NCBI GenBank assembly: GCA_964461635.1
Contig: CAYWVC010000001.1
Location: 627 to 64,626 of the forward strand
DNA: 64,000 nt
From: an uncultured Lachnospiraceae bacterium
GTDB lineage: Bacteria > Bacillota > Clostridia > Oscillospirales > CAG-272
Reading direction: 5' to 3'
Translations under genes and position numbers: made by a program
The notes under the pieces: generated by a model
Told to the model about the DNA's origin: nothing
The model's database searches: none
Seen by the model: only the letters and a program-made list of their open reading frames with translations
Shown here: in pieces, positions 36,415-45,988 of the stretch
How the letters are laid out: every line of letters begins with the position of its first letter
How positions within the stretch are numbered: the stretch's first letter is position 1

Positions 36415-36939
36415 ATGCTTTGCTCGAATTGTAACTCGTCGGTCAGCGACGGTTGCGTATTTTGCCCGATCTGCGGATCAAAGCTTGAGCTTAAGGAGGA
36501 TGCTCCCGCAGTTCCCGAAGCTGCCGAGCCGACGCCCCAAACTGCAACGGACAGCGCTCAACAGACTGTTGAGCGGACAGAATGTCACGCGGCTCCGGTT
36601 GCACCGACCCCTTCATCGGATTATTCCACCCGCCCCGTTAACGCTATCGCGATAACCGGTTTTATTTTAAGCTTTTTCTCGATGGGAACCGGCGCACCGT
36701 TCTTTCCCGCGGCGCTTACGCTGTGCATCGTCGGATTGGTGATCGGCATTAAATATTGGAACGGAAGCGGCAAGGGCTTTGCCATAGCAGGTATTGTGAT
36801 TTCCGTTGCGCTTGCGTTGCTGTTTTGGATCGGCATTATCTTTTTCGTACTGCTCTGCATAATAATGGAGGCAGAGGGGCCCGCAAACGTTGATGGCGGC
36901 GTTCAGATCGCCGCCGCCCTGATCGGTTACTTCGCTTGA
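36415..36939 (+). CDS. Zinc-ribbon plus DUF4190-like membrane protein (tandem paralogue)
   Basis: 174 aa. CSNCNSSVSDGCVFCPICG, linker, TM helices. Same architecture as the preceding gene. Confidence 0.75.
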   Translation: MLCSNCNSSVSDGCVFCPICGSKLELKEDAPAVPEAAEPTPQTATDSAQQTVERTECHAAPVAPTPSSDYSTRPVNAIAITGFILSFFSMGTGAPFFPAALTLCIVGLVIGIKYWNGSGKGFAIAGIVISVALALLFWIGIIFFVLLCIIMEAEGPANVDGGVQIAAALIGYFA

Positions 36940-36968
36940 TAATAATTTAAGAAAGAGAGCAATCTAAA

Positions 36969-38459
36969 ATGAAAAAATACATCATACCCTTTACCGCCGC
37001 AATGCTTCTTTGCGGCATGGCGTTTTCATCTTGTACACCCGCTTCGGTTCCGCCGACAGAGAGCTCCGATGACGCATCCGATTCGGGCAACCGCATTCCT
37101 GCAACCGACAGCGTTCAGGATGACGTATCCTCCGACGGGACGGCGGATCCGACACCGATCGAGGCTCCCAAATCGCTTAAGGTCCTTGCGATCGGCAACA
37201 GCTTCTCCACCGATTGTATGCAATATCTCTATGAAATGCTGAAAGACGGAGGAGTAGAAAATGTTGTGCTCGGCAATCTGTATTACGGCGGATGCAGCCT
37301 GGCACAGCACCTTGATTTCGCAACCAACGGTAAAGCGGAATACAAGTATTACAAAAACACGTCGGGTTCGTGGGAAAAGACCGAAAATTACCTCTTATCG
37401 GATGCCTTGAAGGATGAGCAGTGGGACTATATCACCTTTCAGCAGACCTCAAAGACCTGCGGACTTCAATCAAGCTACGGCAAGACTCTGACCGAGCTTG
37501 TAAATTATGTGGAGGAGCGCGCTCCGGAGGGGGCAAAATTCCTTTGGAATATGACGTGGGCGTATCAGCAGGACAGCACGCATTCATCCTTCCCGAAGTA
37601 TGATAACGATCAGCAAAAGATGTATAATATGATACTTGATTGCGTGGAAAACTGCATTAAGCCCGAAACCCGCTTCGTCGGCATTATACCGTGTATGACG
37701 TCCGTGCAAAATGCGAGAACGTCCTTCCTCGGCGATACCTTGACCCGTGACGGATACCATATGGATTATTACATAGGAAGGTATGTTGTGGGTCTTACGT
37801 GGTTCTGCGCATTGACGGGGCTTGAGCCCGATGCGGTCAGCTTCAATCCGTCATCGGCTATGATATCGGACGATATGATTGCCGTGGCGCGTGAAGCCGT
37901 CGCCGCCGCGATCAGCAATCCGTACAGTGTGACTCAATCGAAGATCACCGAGGGCAAGCGCGGCGAAGGTGTTCAGACCGACAATCCGTCGATCGAGCTT
38001 GATCCCGCAGACTTCTTTGAGGCGGATAAGCGCTTGGCAGCCGGATATAACGTTGACCTTTCCAACTATACGCTTTACAAATGGGAGTATTCCGAAAATC
38101 AGTATTGGTATTGCACGAAGCAAACGACAAAGGTCACGCCCAAATCAACAGCCGGTGCGTATCAGCAAAACGTTTGCACCAAGGTCCTGCATTCGACCGC
38201 CGATATCCCCGTCGGAAGCATTATTATAAGCGATGAGGGATGGCAGTACCGTATGGAGATATTCCCGAATGCCACCACGAAATACACCGGCAGCCGTCCG
38301 GGTATCACGACCGCGCGCTTTTTCGTATTGACGGATGAGTTCTTGAACGGATGCACATATATGGGCTGGAACGTTTCAAGCAACCCGAAGAGCGATATAT
38401 CGTCGATCTACGCTCAGGCAGCGTGTCACGTTCGCGTATACGTTCCGAAAAACAGTTAA
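36969..38459 (+). CDS. SGNH/DUF4886-like lipoprotein with a C-terminal extension
   Basis: 496 aa. Lipobox AFSSC. LKVLAIGNSFSTDCMQYL (the GNSFS block typical of DUF4886/SGNH). Confidence 0.6.
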   Translation: MKKYIIPFTAAMLLCGMAFSSCTPASVPPTESSDDASDSGNRIPATDSVQDDVSSDGTADPTPIEAPKSLKVLAIGNSFSTDCMQYLYEMLKDGGVENVVLGNLYYGGCSLAQHLDFATNGKAEYKYYKNTSGSWEKTENYLLSDALKDEQWDYITFQQTSKTCGLQSSYGKTLTELVNYVEERAPEGAKFLWNMTWAYQQDSTHSSFPKYDNDQQKMYNMILDCVENCIKPETRFVGIIPCMTSVQNARTSFLGDTLTRDGYHMDYYIGRYVVGLTWFCALTGLEPDAVSFNPSSAMISDDMIAVAREAVAAAISNPYSVTQSKITEGKRGEGVQTDNPSIELDPADFFEADKRLAAGYNVDLSNYTLYKWEYSENQYWYCTKQTTKVTPKSTAGAYQQNVCTKVLHSTADIPVGSIIISDEGWQYRMEIFPNATTKYTGSRPGITTARFFVLTDEFLNGCTYMGWNVSSNPKSDISSIYAQAACHVRVYVPKNS

Positions 38460-38471
38460 TTAAATTATTCT

Positions 38472-38517
38472 AAAAGAAGCATAGGCGAGACTTTAAAAGT
38501 CTCGCCTATGCTTCTTT
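38472..38517. terminator. Bidirectional terminator (46-nt perfect palindrome)
   Basis: aaaagaagcataggcgagacttt|aaagtctcgcctatgcttctttt. It abuts the stop of the minus-strand gene at 38517. Confidence 0.8.
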
Positions 38518-39092
38518 TAGCGCTTACAGCCGTTTTTACGGGATGAGGCAGAGCCCTTCATCCCAAGCTTGTCCCGCAACCTCAATATGTAAAGAACTAT
38601 TATTCTTGAAAGCATAAGATCGTACAGAAAAAACGTAAAATTCCCGCAGGCGTAGAGCACAACGTATGCCCACGCGTTGCTAAGCCCCGGAATAAGTGAC
38701 AGGTCGACGTTAGGAAGGAAGAAGTGACAAAATATCACGATTACCGTCAGCACAACGTTGAAGAACCCGAATTTCCCGATCAGCGCGGGGATTTTGCGCA
38801 GCCTCTCAAACCTTCGCTTAACCGCGGGATAATATCCGGCAAGCAGATATATGACCGCCGGGAGCTTATTCGGCAAAATAAGGAATGCAATGGCGGAGGT
38901 CACGCCATAAGTGAGCCAAGGCCAATACTTTCCGTACTCGGTTACCGGTATTACGACAAGGATTGAGGCAAACATTGCCGCAGTCATATCGAGCACGTCG
39001 ATTATAGCTCCTAACCACAGGATCGTTACTCCGAGTGCCGATAGGGTTGCACAAACGGCAATGCACTTCGTTTTATCGGAGATACGGCTCAT
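38517..39092 (-). CDS. Polytopic membrane protein (last gene of the foldase/J-protein operon)
   Basis: 191 aa, 5-6 hydrophobic helices. ATGA overlap with the upstream J-protein gene. Confidence 0.65.
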   Translation of the reverse strand: MSRISDKTKCIAVCATLSALGVTILWLGAIIDVLDMTAAMFASILVVIPVTEYGKYWPWLTYGVTSAIAFLILPNKLPAVIYLLAGYYPAVKRRFERLRKIPALIGKFGFFNVVLTVIVIFCHFFLPNVDLSLIPGLSNAWAYVVLYACGNFTFFLYDLMLSRIIVLYILRLRDKLGMKGSASSRKNGCKR

Positions 39093-39730
39093 CGACAGCC
39101 ACCGAAAATATTGCAGCAGCAGTTAACGCACGCAAGTGTTGAACAGATACTGCAAAGTGAGCAACCGTTACGGGTCGTTGAATAATACGTTCTGTTGTAT
39201 TGCTGAGTATGCGCCTTGAGCCCGTCACGGGCATTTTGATATTCCTGATTGTAGGGGTCCAAGGCACAGGCTCGGTCAAAAAAGCTCTGTGCATCTACGT
39301 AATGTCCACGTGCAACAGCCACCGCGCCGCTGAGAAAGAACCATTCGGCATCGCGCTTCTCTGCGGGTACAGTGGAAAGCAGGTATTCGGCGCGCTGGAT
39401 ATCACGGCTGTTGATAGCTACACGGATAGCGCGGTATAGCTCGTTCCCGGTGCCACCCTCGCTGTCCACTCGCGGTCCCCTTGAATAGCCGTACGCCGAC
39501 GAGGATGACGAGGATGATGCGGATGAAGAGGATTTTTTGCCCGAACGTTCGTTTTGAATATCCTCGTACGCGGCATTGATCTCCTTCATTTTCTCGGTAG
39601 CCATATCCGCGAGATCGGAATCCCTGTATTTATCGGGGTGATATTTGCGCGCCAGATTGCGGTACGCCTGCTTTACCTCGTCGTCCGATGCTTCCCGTGA
39701 GACTCCGAGTATCTTGTATGGATCATTCAT
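39089..39730 (-). CDS. J-domain protein with a Ser-rich linker, TPR-like region and Cys-rich C-terminal tail
   Basis: 213 aa. DPYKILGV...[13 protein letters not shown] (HPD motif). [12 protein letters not shown] linker. C-terminus [25 protein letters not shown]. Confidence 0.85.
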   Translation of the reverse strand: MNDPYKILGVSREASDDEVKQAYRNLARKYHPDKYRDSDLADMATEKMKEINAAYEDIQNERSGKKSSSSASSSSSSSAYGYSRGPRVDSEGGTGNELYRAIRVAINSRDIQRAEYLLSTVPAEKRDAEWFFLSGAVAVARGHYVDAQSFFDRACALDPYNQEYQNARDGLKAHTQQYNRTYYSTTRNGCSLCSICSTLACVNCCCNIFGGCR

Positions 39731-40607
39731 ACGAGCTTACTTTTCCTCCTGTCTTTCCAAATAGAACACGCTGTGCGGCATCCGGCATTCCCAAATGGAT
39801 AATGTTGTCGAGCAGCCCGAATATCTCCTTCTGCTCATCCGACCTTTCAAAGAGGTCGAGCGTGGCATCAAGCTTCATAAGCTCGGCGGTCAGCGCGTTG
39901 AACACGTCGCTTTTCCGTTCATCATTGAATGCACCGTCGGGGTAAGTCAGCAAAAAGGGATTGAAGCGCCCCGCCTTTCGATCTTCCTCAAAATCGTCTG
40001 CCGCGTCGATAACGTACAACCACCTGCCAAGGTGCATCCCCGCCGAGCGTGTCAGGCGTTCAGCCCCTCCGCTCAGCCCGTAGGAGAGCAGATCTGCCAA
40101 TGCCTCGCCGAAAATATCCGCCGGCATATCAACCGAGGGCTCGCGCCTTGCCTCAAGCTCTGATAACTTTGACAGAGAGCTCCTCAGCGCCTCGCTTGCG
40201 CCGGGAAGTGCTTCGGACGCACGTTTTTCCATACCGGACAGGGAAGTGCGAAGGAGCTGAGCCTTGTGCTTTTTTGATCCTTTTTCATCCACCGTATCGT
40301 CGTACGCTTTCTCGTATGAGAGCATTATTCCGGCTCTCGCGGCAAAGTCCAACGACGCGCAATCGGTTGCGGTAAGCAGCTTCTTCGACGGATGCGCAGG
40401 GCAACGCTCTTCGGTGACCTTCGGAGTTTCTCCGCAGGCTGCCATACGCAAAAGTGCCGCGAACACGAAGTCATAATTCAGCGTTAAGCGGGATGAGCAC
40501 CCGGTGCATTGCCCGAGCGAGCGGCACAAGCCGCAGTATACGGCTTTATAATAATCGTTTTCCCGAACCTTCAGCTCGGGGACAAAGGGTCTTACGTAAC
40601 CAAACAT
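39723..40607 (-). CDS. DUF5685 family protein
   Basis: 294 aa. [49 protein letters not shown] matches the DUF5685 N-terminus as I recall it. Confidence 0.7.
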   Translation of the reverse strand: MFGYVRPFVPELKVRENDYYKAVYCGLCRSLGQCTGCSSRLTLNYDFVFAALLRMAACGETPKVTEERCPAHPSKKLLTATDCASLDFAARAGIMLSYEKAYDDTVDEKGSKKHKAQLLRTSLSGMEKRASEALPGASEALRSSLSKLSELEARREPSVDMPADIFGEALADLLSYGLSGGAERLTRSAGMHLGRWLYVIDAADDFEEDRKAGRFNPFLLTYPDGAFNDERKSDVFNALTAELMKLDATLDLFERSDEQKEIFGLLDNIIHLGMPDAAQRVLFGKTGGKVSSYE

Positions 40608-40608
40608 T

Positions 40609-41838
40609 TTATCGCCTTTTTTTGTTTTTCAAAGTTATAATGATAACGGTAACTGCGATCCCCACTGCGCCGATTGCTACCGATACACCGATTATTATAA
40701 GGTTCCCGTCGGTGTTGCTTTGCGCCCCGGGCACCGTCGGATCGTATGTGATCCTGTCCGTGGTCTCCGTACCGCTATCTTCGATAAGGTACGCATAAAT
40801 ATCACGGTCGGTCGTTACCTCCGATTCCGCAAGCACCGTTCTGATGGCGTAATCCTTCATCAGCGCGATACGGCAATAGTCGGCACCGCCGAAATAGGCT
40901 TCAAGCTCCTCAACACTGACACCGGCAAGCTTGGCTTGAGCCTCTGCTTCGGAAGAGTAGAGCGCGTCGTCAAAGCGTATTCCGCGCTGATACAGGGCGG
41001 CGGCGAGAGCAATATCCTCTCTGATCGTTATACGGGCAAGAGCCTCAAGCTCCTCGTCGGTGTTCTCGGTGCTTGAATTTGCCTTTGTCCAACGGACGTA
41101 AAAATCGATTTGATCTTGAGGAAACGGCTTGTCAATAAGCTTTGTGCGCACGACAACCTCATCTGAAACGATACCGTAAAGAGTCGTGTCGTATGAATTC
41201 AGACTCTCAATGGCAAGATATTCGGCGATGAAGTGCTTAAGCTCTTCAACGCTTGAGTACTTGCCCTGAGTATAGACGTAGACGTCATTGTTTGTAAAGC
41301 GGTAGTCGCAGATATACTTGACCGTGATCTTATATTCGACCGTTTTGCCCGCCAGCTCCGGCTTATCCTCGTGATCCGCCGGATACTTGACCTTATTTGT
41401 GACCGTGACTCCGGGCATAATTCCATACAGTCCGATGTCAAAACCGTCGATAAATCCGCTATCGTTTGACAGAGTAAGCAATGCGTTCTTTGCGCTGTCA
41501 ACCTTTTCTCCGTCAATGCTGCCGACGTAATCTATGCAAAGAACGTCTCCGCCCGCGGTCGTGCGGGTCGTCAGCTCGCCGTAATATCCTCCGACCTTCG
41601 CCATTTCTACGTAATATTCGTTGACCGTCTCGTCGGTGGGCCACACGTTACATTCGATTTTAAGACCTTTGGTATTTGTATTATCAAGATCCACGTATGC
41701 GGAGATGTCGAAATCCTCGGCAAAGTAATCTATCGCTCCCGATACGGCAGTGCCGTCGGCATAAGAGTGAATGGCAAGCGGGAAGAGCAAGGTCAGCAGA
41801 ATACAGGCGGCAATTAACGATTTAATAACTTTTTTCAT
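40609..41838 (-). CDS. Exported trigger-factor-like FKBP-type PPIase with a C-terminal membrane anchor
   Basis: About 409 aa from ATG 41838. Signal peptide. GDVLCIDYVGSIDGEKV...GFIDGFDIGLYGIMPGVTV...LAGKTVEYKITV resembles the trigger-factor PPIase domain. C-terminal TM plus KNKKRR. Confidence 0.75.
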   Translation of the reverse strand: MKKVIKSLIAACILLTLLFPLAIHSYADGTAVSGAIDYFAEDFDISAYVDLDNTNTKGLKIECNVWPTDETVNEYYVEMAKVGGYYGELTTRTTAGGDVLCIDYVGSIDGEKVDSAKNALLTLSNDSGFIDGFDIGLYGIMPGVTVTNKVKYPADHEDKPELAGKTVEYKITVKYICDYRFTNNDVYVYTQGKYSSVEELKHFIAEYLAIESLNSYDTTLYGIVSDEVVVRTKLIDKPFPQDQIDFYVRWTKANSSTENTDEELEALARITIREDIALAAALYQRGIRFDDALYSSEAEAQAKLAGVSVEELEAYFGGADYCRIALMKDYAIRTVLAESEVTTDRDIYAYLIEDSGTETTDRITYDPTVPGAQSNTDGNLIIIGVSVAIGAVGIAVTVIIITLKNKKRR

Positions 41839-43091
41839 CAATTACTTTCCGTGCTGTTCGTCGTATCGGTATCAGATGGCGCGGCATCTGTTGACGGAGC
41901 CTCGGTATCGGTTGATTCCTCTAACAGATGTGAATATTGATCATAATCCGTCGTGATCTTGACGGAGGCGCGCAACGCTTTCATAGCCTTATCCTTCAGA
42001 ACGTAAAGCCTCATATACGTATCCCCAAGGTATTCGATAAGCTCCTCGGACGAATCGTATTCCCAAAGCTCGGCGAGCTCGGCAAGCTCAGCGGCATATT
42101 CGCTGTCGCTCAACGTCATACCGACGGATTTGGCGTAGGCAACGAGAACAAGGTCGCGCTTGACCTCCTCCTTGGCGTCTTCGGTGAGTTCCGACTCGGT
42201 CATTCCGAGCGCCTCAAGATACTGCTCAAACGACGTTATACCGTAGTAGTACTGAAACAGGACCTGATTGCTTTCATAATAGTTTTTGGCGGCGTTGTAG
42301 TTGGCATAGTAGTAATATTCTATTTGAGCCTGCGGCAGCTCCTTGAGCTCGGAGCGCTCAACGACAAGCTTGATTATCGCTTCTTCAACGTCGTCATCGA
42401 AATCGTTAAGATTGGCTTTTATAAGACTGTTCTTGGAGTATTCGCGGAACGCCTCGACTGTGGTATAATCGCCGTTGGTATACTCTGTGACGGTTTTGTC
42501 TGTGAAGCCGTAGGTCTTTATTATCCCCTGCACGGTAATGGCAAACGTTGCATTCTTGCCGGCAAGCGTTTCGGAATAATTATCGGGGAAGGTCACGTCT
42601 GTATTGACCGTTGTTCCGGGCATTATTCCGTAAAGATCCTTATCAAAGCCTTCGATATATCCCGTGCTTTCGGTAAGAGAAATAGTCGATCCTTCTGCAG
42701 TACCGCCGTCAAAGGCAACTCCGTCCATAGTGCCGACAAAATCAATTACGAGCACGTCACCCGCTTGTGTGGCTCTGTCGGTGATAAGCTCCGTATAGTA
42801 ACCGTAATTCTTTGCGATATTCAGCAGTACCTCGTCGATCACGTCATCTCCGACAGAGACGTTTTGGGTAACTTCCAGACCGTCACAGCTCCCAAGCACA
42901 ATGTATTGGCTAATATCGGCGTTGATCAGATCCATAACAGGGTGATCGCTGTCGACCGACGGGTTGTTGGCGGAACCCGAGCCGGAGGTGGTGTCATCGG
43001 GCTTGGTAAATTCAATATTCCCGCAGGAGGCAAGAAAAGTCGTGCATATCAAAAGCGCGGCAATCAGCAAGGTAAACGTTCTTTTTTTCAT
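41838..43091 (-). CDS. Trigger-factor-like FKBP-type PPIase lipoprotein
   Basis: 417 aa. Lipobox FLASC. GDVLVIDFVGTMDGVAFDGG...GYIEGFDKDLYGIMPGTTV...LAGKNATFAITV, plus a trigger-factor C-domain-like helical region. Confidence 0.78.
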   Translation of the reverse strand: MKKRTFTLLIAALLICTTFLASCGNIEFTKPDDTTSGSGSANNPSVDSDHPVMDLINADISQYIVLGSCDGLEVTQNVSVGDDVIDEVLLNIAKNYGYYTELITDRATQAGDVLVIDFVGTMDGVAFDGGTAEGSTISLTESTGYIEGFDKDLYGIMPGTTVNTDVTFPDNYSETLAGKNATFAITVQGIIKTYGFTDKTVTEYTNGDYTTVEAFREYSKNSLIKANLNDFDDDVEEAIIKLVVERSELKELPQAQIEYYYYANYNAAKNYYESNQVLFQYYYGITSFEQYLEALGMTESELTEDAKEEVKRDLVLVAYAKSVGMTLSDSEYAAELAELAELWEYDSSEELIEYLGDTYMRLYVLKDKAMKALRASVKITTDYDQYSHLLEESTDTEAPSTDAAPSDTDTTNSTESN

Positions 43092-43124
43092 AATGCTCTA
43101 TCCTAACATATAAATATTTATACT

Positions 43125-43153
43125 ATTATATCATAGATCGCCTCCCGTTTCAA
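43125..43153 (-). promoter_or_regulatory. Sigma-A-type promoter of the five-gene foldase/J-protein operon
   Basis: Minus strand: TTGAAA (43153-43148), 17-nt spacer, TATAAT (43130-43125). Confidence 0.55.
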
Positions 43154-43262
43154 GCGCAAGAACTAATTTTCACCCCGAATACACATAAAAAACAAAAAAT
43201 AATAAAGCTTGTACGCTTCATTGGCTTGTCCGCGATATATGAAAACGTACAATAACTAAATC

Positions 43263-43295
43263 GGGCTGTCTCAATTGCAAGAAATGAGACAGCCC
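43263..43295 (-). terminator. Rho-independent terminator of the Cys/Pro-rich protein gene
   Basis: gggctgtctca / tgagacagccc 11-bp stem, 11-nt loop, with a T-rich minus-strand flank. Confidence 0.7.
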
Positions 43296-43311
43296 TGTGA
43301 CTATAAGAGCT

Positions 43312-44184
43312 TCAGGATCCGCAGCGCCTTGGCGGTCTGTCGGTGGGAGTCGGCGGCTGTACCGTAGTGATGCCAAATTCGTTGACCGGGAAAGTCATAT
43401 TACGGAAAACGCCGCAGGGATCGCTTTGCGTGGGTTCGGAGCATTCTTTGTCGGGAACGGTATATTCCGTCGCGTTTACGATGTACTGGGTCGGGCGAAC
43501 GAGCCTTACTATTGAAAACAGTCCGACGGTTGCAAGCAGTGCACGTGTGTCGTTTTGCGTTATTTCGCCGTCAAGCGATGCAACTATGGCATCGGGTATC
43601 GCCACAACGGTCCCCGGCACGGTAACGCACCCACAGCTGCAACCGCATCCGCGCACCGGCGGACAGGGAGGTGTCGGCGGGCAAACGGGCAGGTCAACTA
43701 CCTTGAGGTCAAGCACTATCGGTTCTACCGCTTCAACTACGGCGCCCGGAGCATTTGAAGCCCCGGTATATAACTCCGCCGTCGAGCAGAAGCCCGTGCC
43801 GGGAGTGCTTCGGAACACCTTTGCACCCGTTTCGCCACCGTAGAGCACGACCGTCTTGTCGAGAACGGCAATGCCCTCAAACTCCTGCGGGTTTCCGGTA
43901 GTGACGCAAGCTTCGCACGTTAATTTTACGTAATATCTTACGGATACCGAATAAAATCCGCGATTAAACTGTATTTGATCGACGCCGATGGAGGTGCCGA
44001 GTATCTCCGCATATTTTGTACGGACAGCTCCGGTCCCGGAGATCAAAGTATTTCCGTTAGCCGTGAGGTATACTTGCACGTTATTAAAACAATCCCGATC
44101 GCGGCAGGAATCAAGGATCCTGTTAGCTTCAATACAGACGGTATCTCTCGTTGACGTACCGACGGGAAATCTGCAATCTGCCAT
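43312..44184 (-). CDS. Cysteine/proline-rich hypothetical protein (possible spore-coat or envelope component)
   Basis: About 290 aa from ATG 44184 (SD aaggagg 9 nt upstream). No signal peptide. CIEANRILDSCRDRDCF, PVCPPTPPCPPVRGCGCSCGC. Confidence 0.6.
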   Translation of the reverse strand: MADCRFPVGTSTRDTVCIEANRILDSCRDRDCFNNVQVYLTANGNTLISGTGAVRTKYAEILGTSIGVDQIQFNRGFYSVSVRYYVKLTCEACVTTGNPQEFEGIAVLDKTVVLYGGETGAKVFRSTPGTGFCSTAELYTGASNAPGAVVEAVEPIVLDLKVVDLPVCPPTPPCPPVRGCGCSCGCVTVPGTVVAIPDAIVASLDGEITQNDTRALLATVGLFSIVRLVRPTQYIVNATEYTVPDKECSEPTQSDPCGVFRNMTFPVNEFGITTVQPPTPTDRPPRRCGS

Positions 44185-44337
44185 AGGTATAAGTCCTCCT
44201 TGTTTGAATTTAAGAAGCCTCAAATAACTTCTTTCGATATCATAATATGCCGTTCAACAGGATGTGACACGTTTTTTCGTTAAAAGACGCAAAGCATATT
44301 TTCAACTTTTTTAAAAACGTGAGCATATTTGTAAGCA

Positions 44338-45246
44338 ATGAATATCATTTCCCGGCATAACTTCCGCGTCGGTGATAAAAATAATTTTGACCCGAATTTT
44401 CGGGATCGCAACGATCAAAGAAAGGAAGCCCGATATCGGGTTATAAACAACGTGAAAAGGATCGTATCGACCTTTGCGGGCGTTGCCGCGGCGCTGGCAT
44501 TAACGTTATGTCAGGTTGGCGCCGTCGGTTCGCCCAACGGGGCTTTCAATTGGTATTGTATGCGCAACGCGGATCACAGACAACCGGTCTGCGATCCCTC
44601 AATGCGCTTTATCGAGGATTATGACGGCTATTACGTGGATCACCGTTACGGCGACGATTGTAAGGAGAAGGTCATATATCTGACCTTTGACGCCGGATAT
44701 GAAAACGGGAACGTCGAAAAGGTACTTGACGTACTCGGCTCCGAGGGGGTTAAGGGCTCATTCTTTATTTTAAGTCATCTTGTGAAATCTTGTCCCGAAC
44801 TCGTACAGCGAATGACAGATGAGGGGCACGCCGTGTGTAATCATACGTCAAAGCACAAGGATATGACCAAGTATCACAGTGCCGAAGAGTTTGCCGCAGA
44901 GCTACGTGAGCTTGAACAGATCTACAAGACAACAACGGGGAAGGAAATGTTTAAAATATACCGTCCCCCCGAAGGCAGATTCAGCGAGGAAAATCTGAAA
45001 ATCGCGAATGAACTCGGATACAAGACCGTGTTCTGGAGCTTTGCATACGCGGATTGGGATAATGCTAATCAGCCCGATCCGGATATCGCGCTCAAAAAGA
45101 TACTTGACAACGTGCATAACGGCGAGATAATGCTGCTTCATCCGACCTCGGAGACGAACGTGAGGATACTCGGGAGCTTGATCCGCGAGCTCAAAGCAAA
45201 AGGCTATTCATTCCGTACCGTGAACAGCTTGGGGGACGCACGATGA
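44338..45246 (+). CDS. pdaA: Delta-lactam-biosynthetic de-N-acetylase (PdaA-like polysaccharide deacetylase)
   Basis: Colinear with B. subtilis PdaA as I recall it (NWYCMRN..HRQP, IYLTFDAGYENG, GHAVCNHTSKH, YRPPEGRFSE, TVFWSFAYADW, LLHPTS). The start is uncertain (no SD at 44338; GTG 44452 is an alternative). Confidence 0.85.
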   Translation: MNIISRHNFRVGDKNNFDPNFRDRNDQRKEARYRVINNVKRIVSTFAGVAAALALTLCQVGAVGSPNGAFNWYCMRNADHRQPVCDPSMRFIEDYDGYYVDHRYGDDCKEKVIYLTFDAGYENGNVEKVLDVLGSEGVKGSFFILSHLVKSCPELVQRMTDEGHAVCNHTSKHKDMTKYHSAEEFAAELRELEQIYKTTTGKEMFKIYRPPEGRFSEENLKIANELGYKTVFWSFAYADWDNANQPDPDIALKKILDNVHNGEIMLLHPTSETNVRILGSLIRELKAKGYSFRTVNSLGDAR

Positions 45247-45941
45247 GAAGCTTTCCGCGCAAGCTTGTATGCTTTCTCATCGCGGCTCTTATCTGCCTTG
45301 CCGCCCCAATGCGTGCGTCGGCAGAGAACTGCCGCATCTATGGGCATTGCAAAAACGAATCAAAGCTCATAGCACTGACCTTTGACGACGGACCTCATCC
45401 GAAGATAACTCCGACCGTGCTTGATATTCTCGCCTACTACGGTATTAAAGCGACCTTCTTTGAGGTGGGAAGCAACGTGGAGAATTACCCCGAGACGGCT
45501 CGGCGCGTAGCAGAGGAGGGGCACGAGATCGGCAATCACACCTACTCGCATCCCCACGTCAGCAATATTGATCAAATATCACTTGAGAAGGAAACAGACT
45601 CGTGTGCGGAGGCGATATTCAGGATAACCGGCGTTCGCCCCGTACTTTTCCGCCCGCCCGAGGGCGTGATCGACAGCGCGGTCAAGGTAATGTCCTCCGA
45701 CCGCGATTATTCGGTCATACTTTGGAGCATTGACACAAGGGATTGGGCAGGCACGTCTGTCGATGCTATAGTAAAAAATGTAACTTCCAATGTCAAATCG
45801 GGTGATATAATCCTTATGCACGATTATGTTTCACCGAAATGCAATACGGTTGCCGCGCTCAGAATAATTATTCCCGAACTGCTCGGCAGGGGATATACCT
45901 TCGTCACTGTCAGTAAACTTATAGAAGAAATGCAAGATTAA
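45243..45941 (+). CDS. Polysaccharide deacetylase family protein (NodB domain)
   Basis: 232 aa. Signal peptide. LTFDDGPH, GHEIGNHTYSHP, FRPPEG, LMHD motifs. Confidence 0.88.
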   Translation: MRSFPRKLVCFLIAALICLAAPMRASAENCRIYGHCKNESKLIALTFDDGPHPKITPTVLDILAYYGIKATFFEVGSNVENYPETARRVAEEGHEIGNHTYSHPHVSNIDQISLEKETDSCAEAIFRITGVRPVLFRPPEGVIDSAVKVMSSDRDYSVILWSIDTRDWAGTSVDAIVKNVTSNVKSGDIILMHDYVSPKCNTVAALRIIIPELLGRGYTFVTVSKLIEEMQD

Positions 45942-45944
45942 AAA

Positions 45945-45976
45945 GCGTGCATCCTGCCTTTTGACAGGATGCACGC
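45945..45976. terminator. Bidirectional terminator
   Basis: gcgtgcatcctg / caggatgcacgc 12-bp stem, with T-rich flanks on both strands. Confidence 0.75.
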
Positions 45977-45988
45977 CGTATGTTTTTA

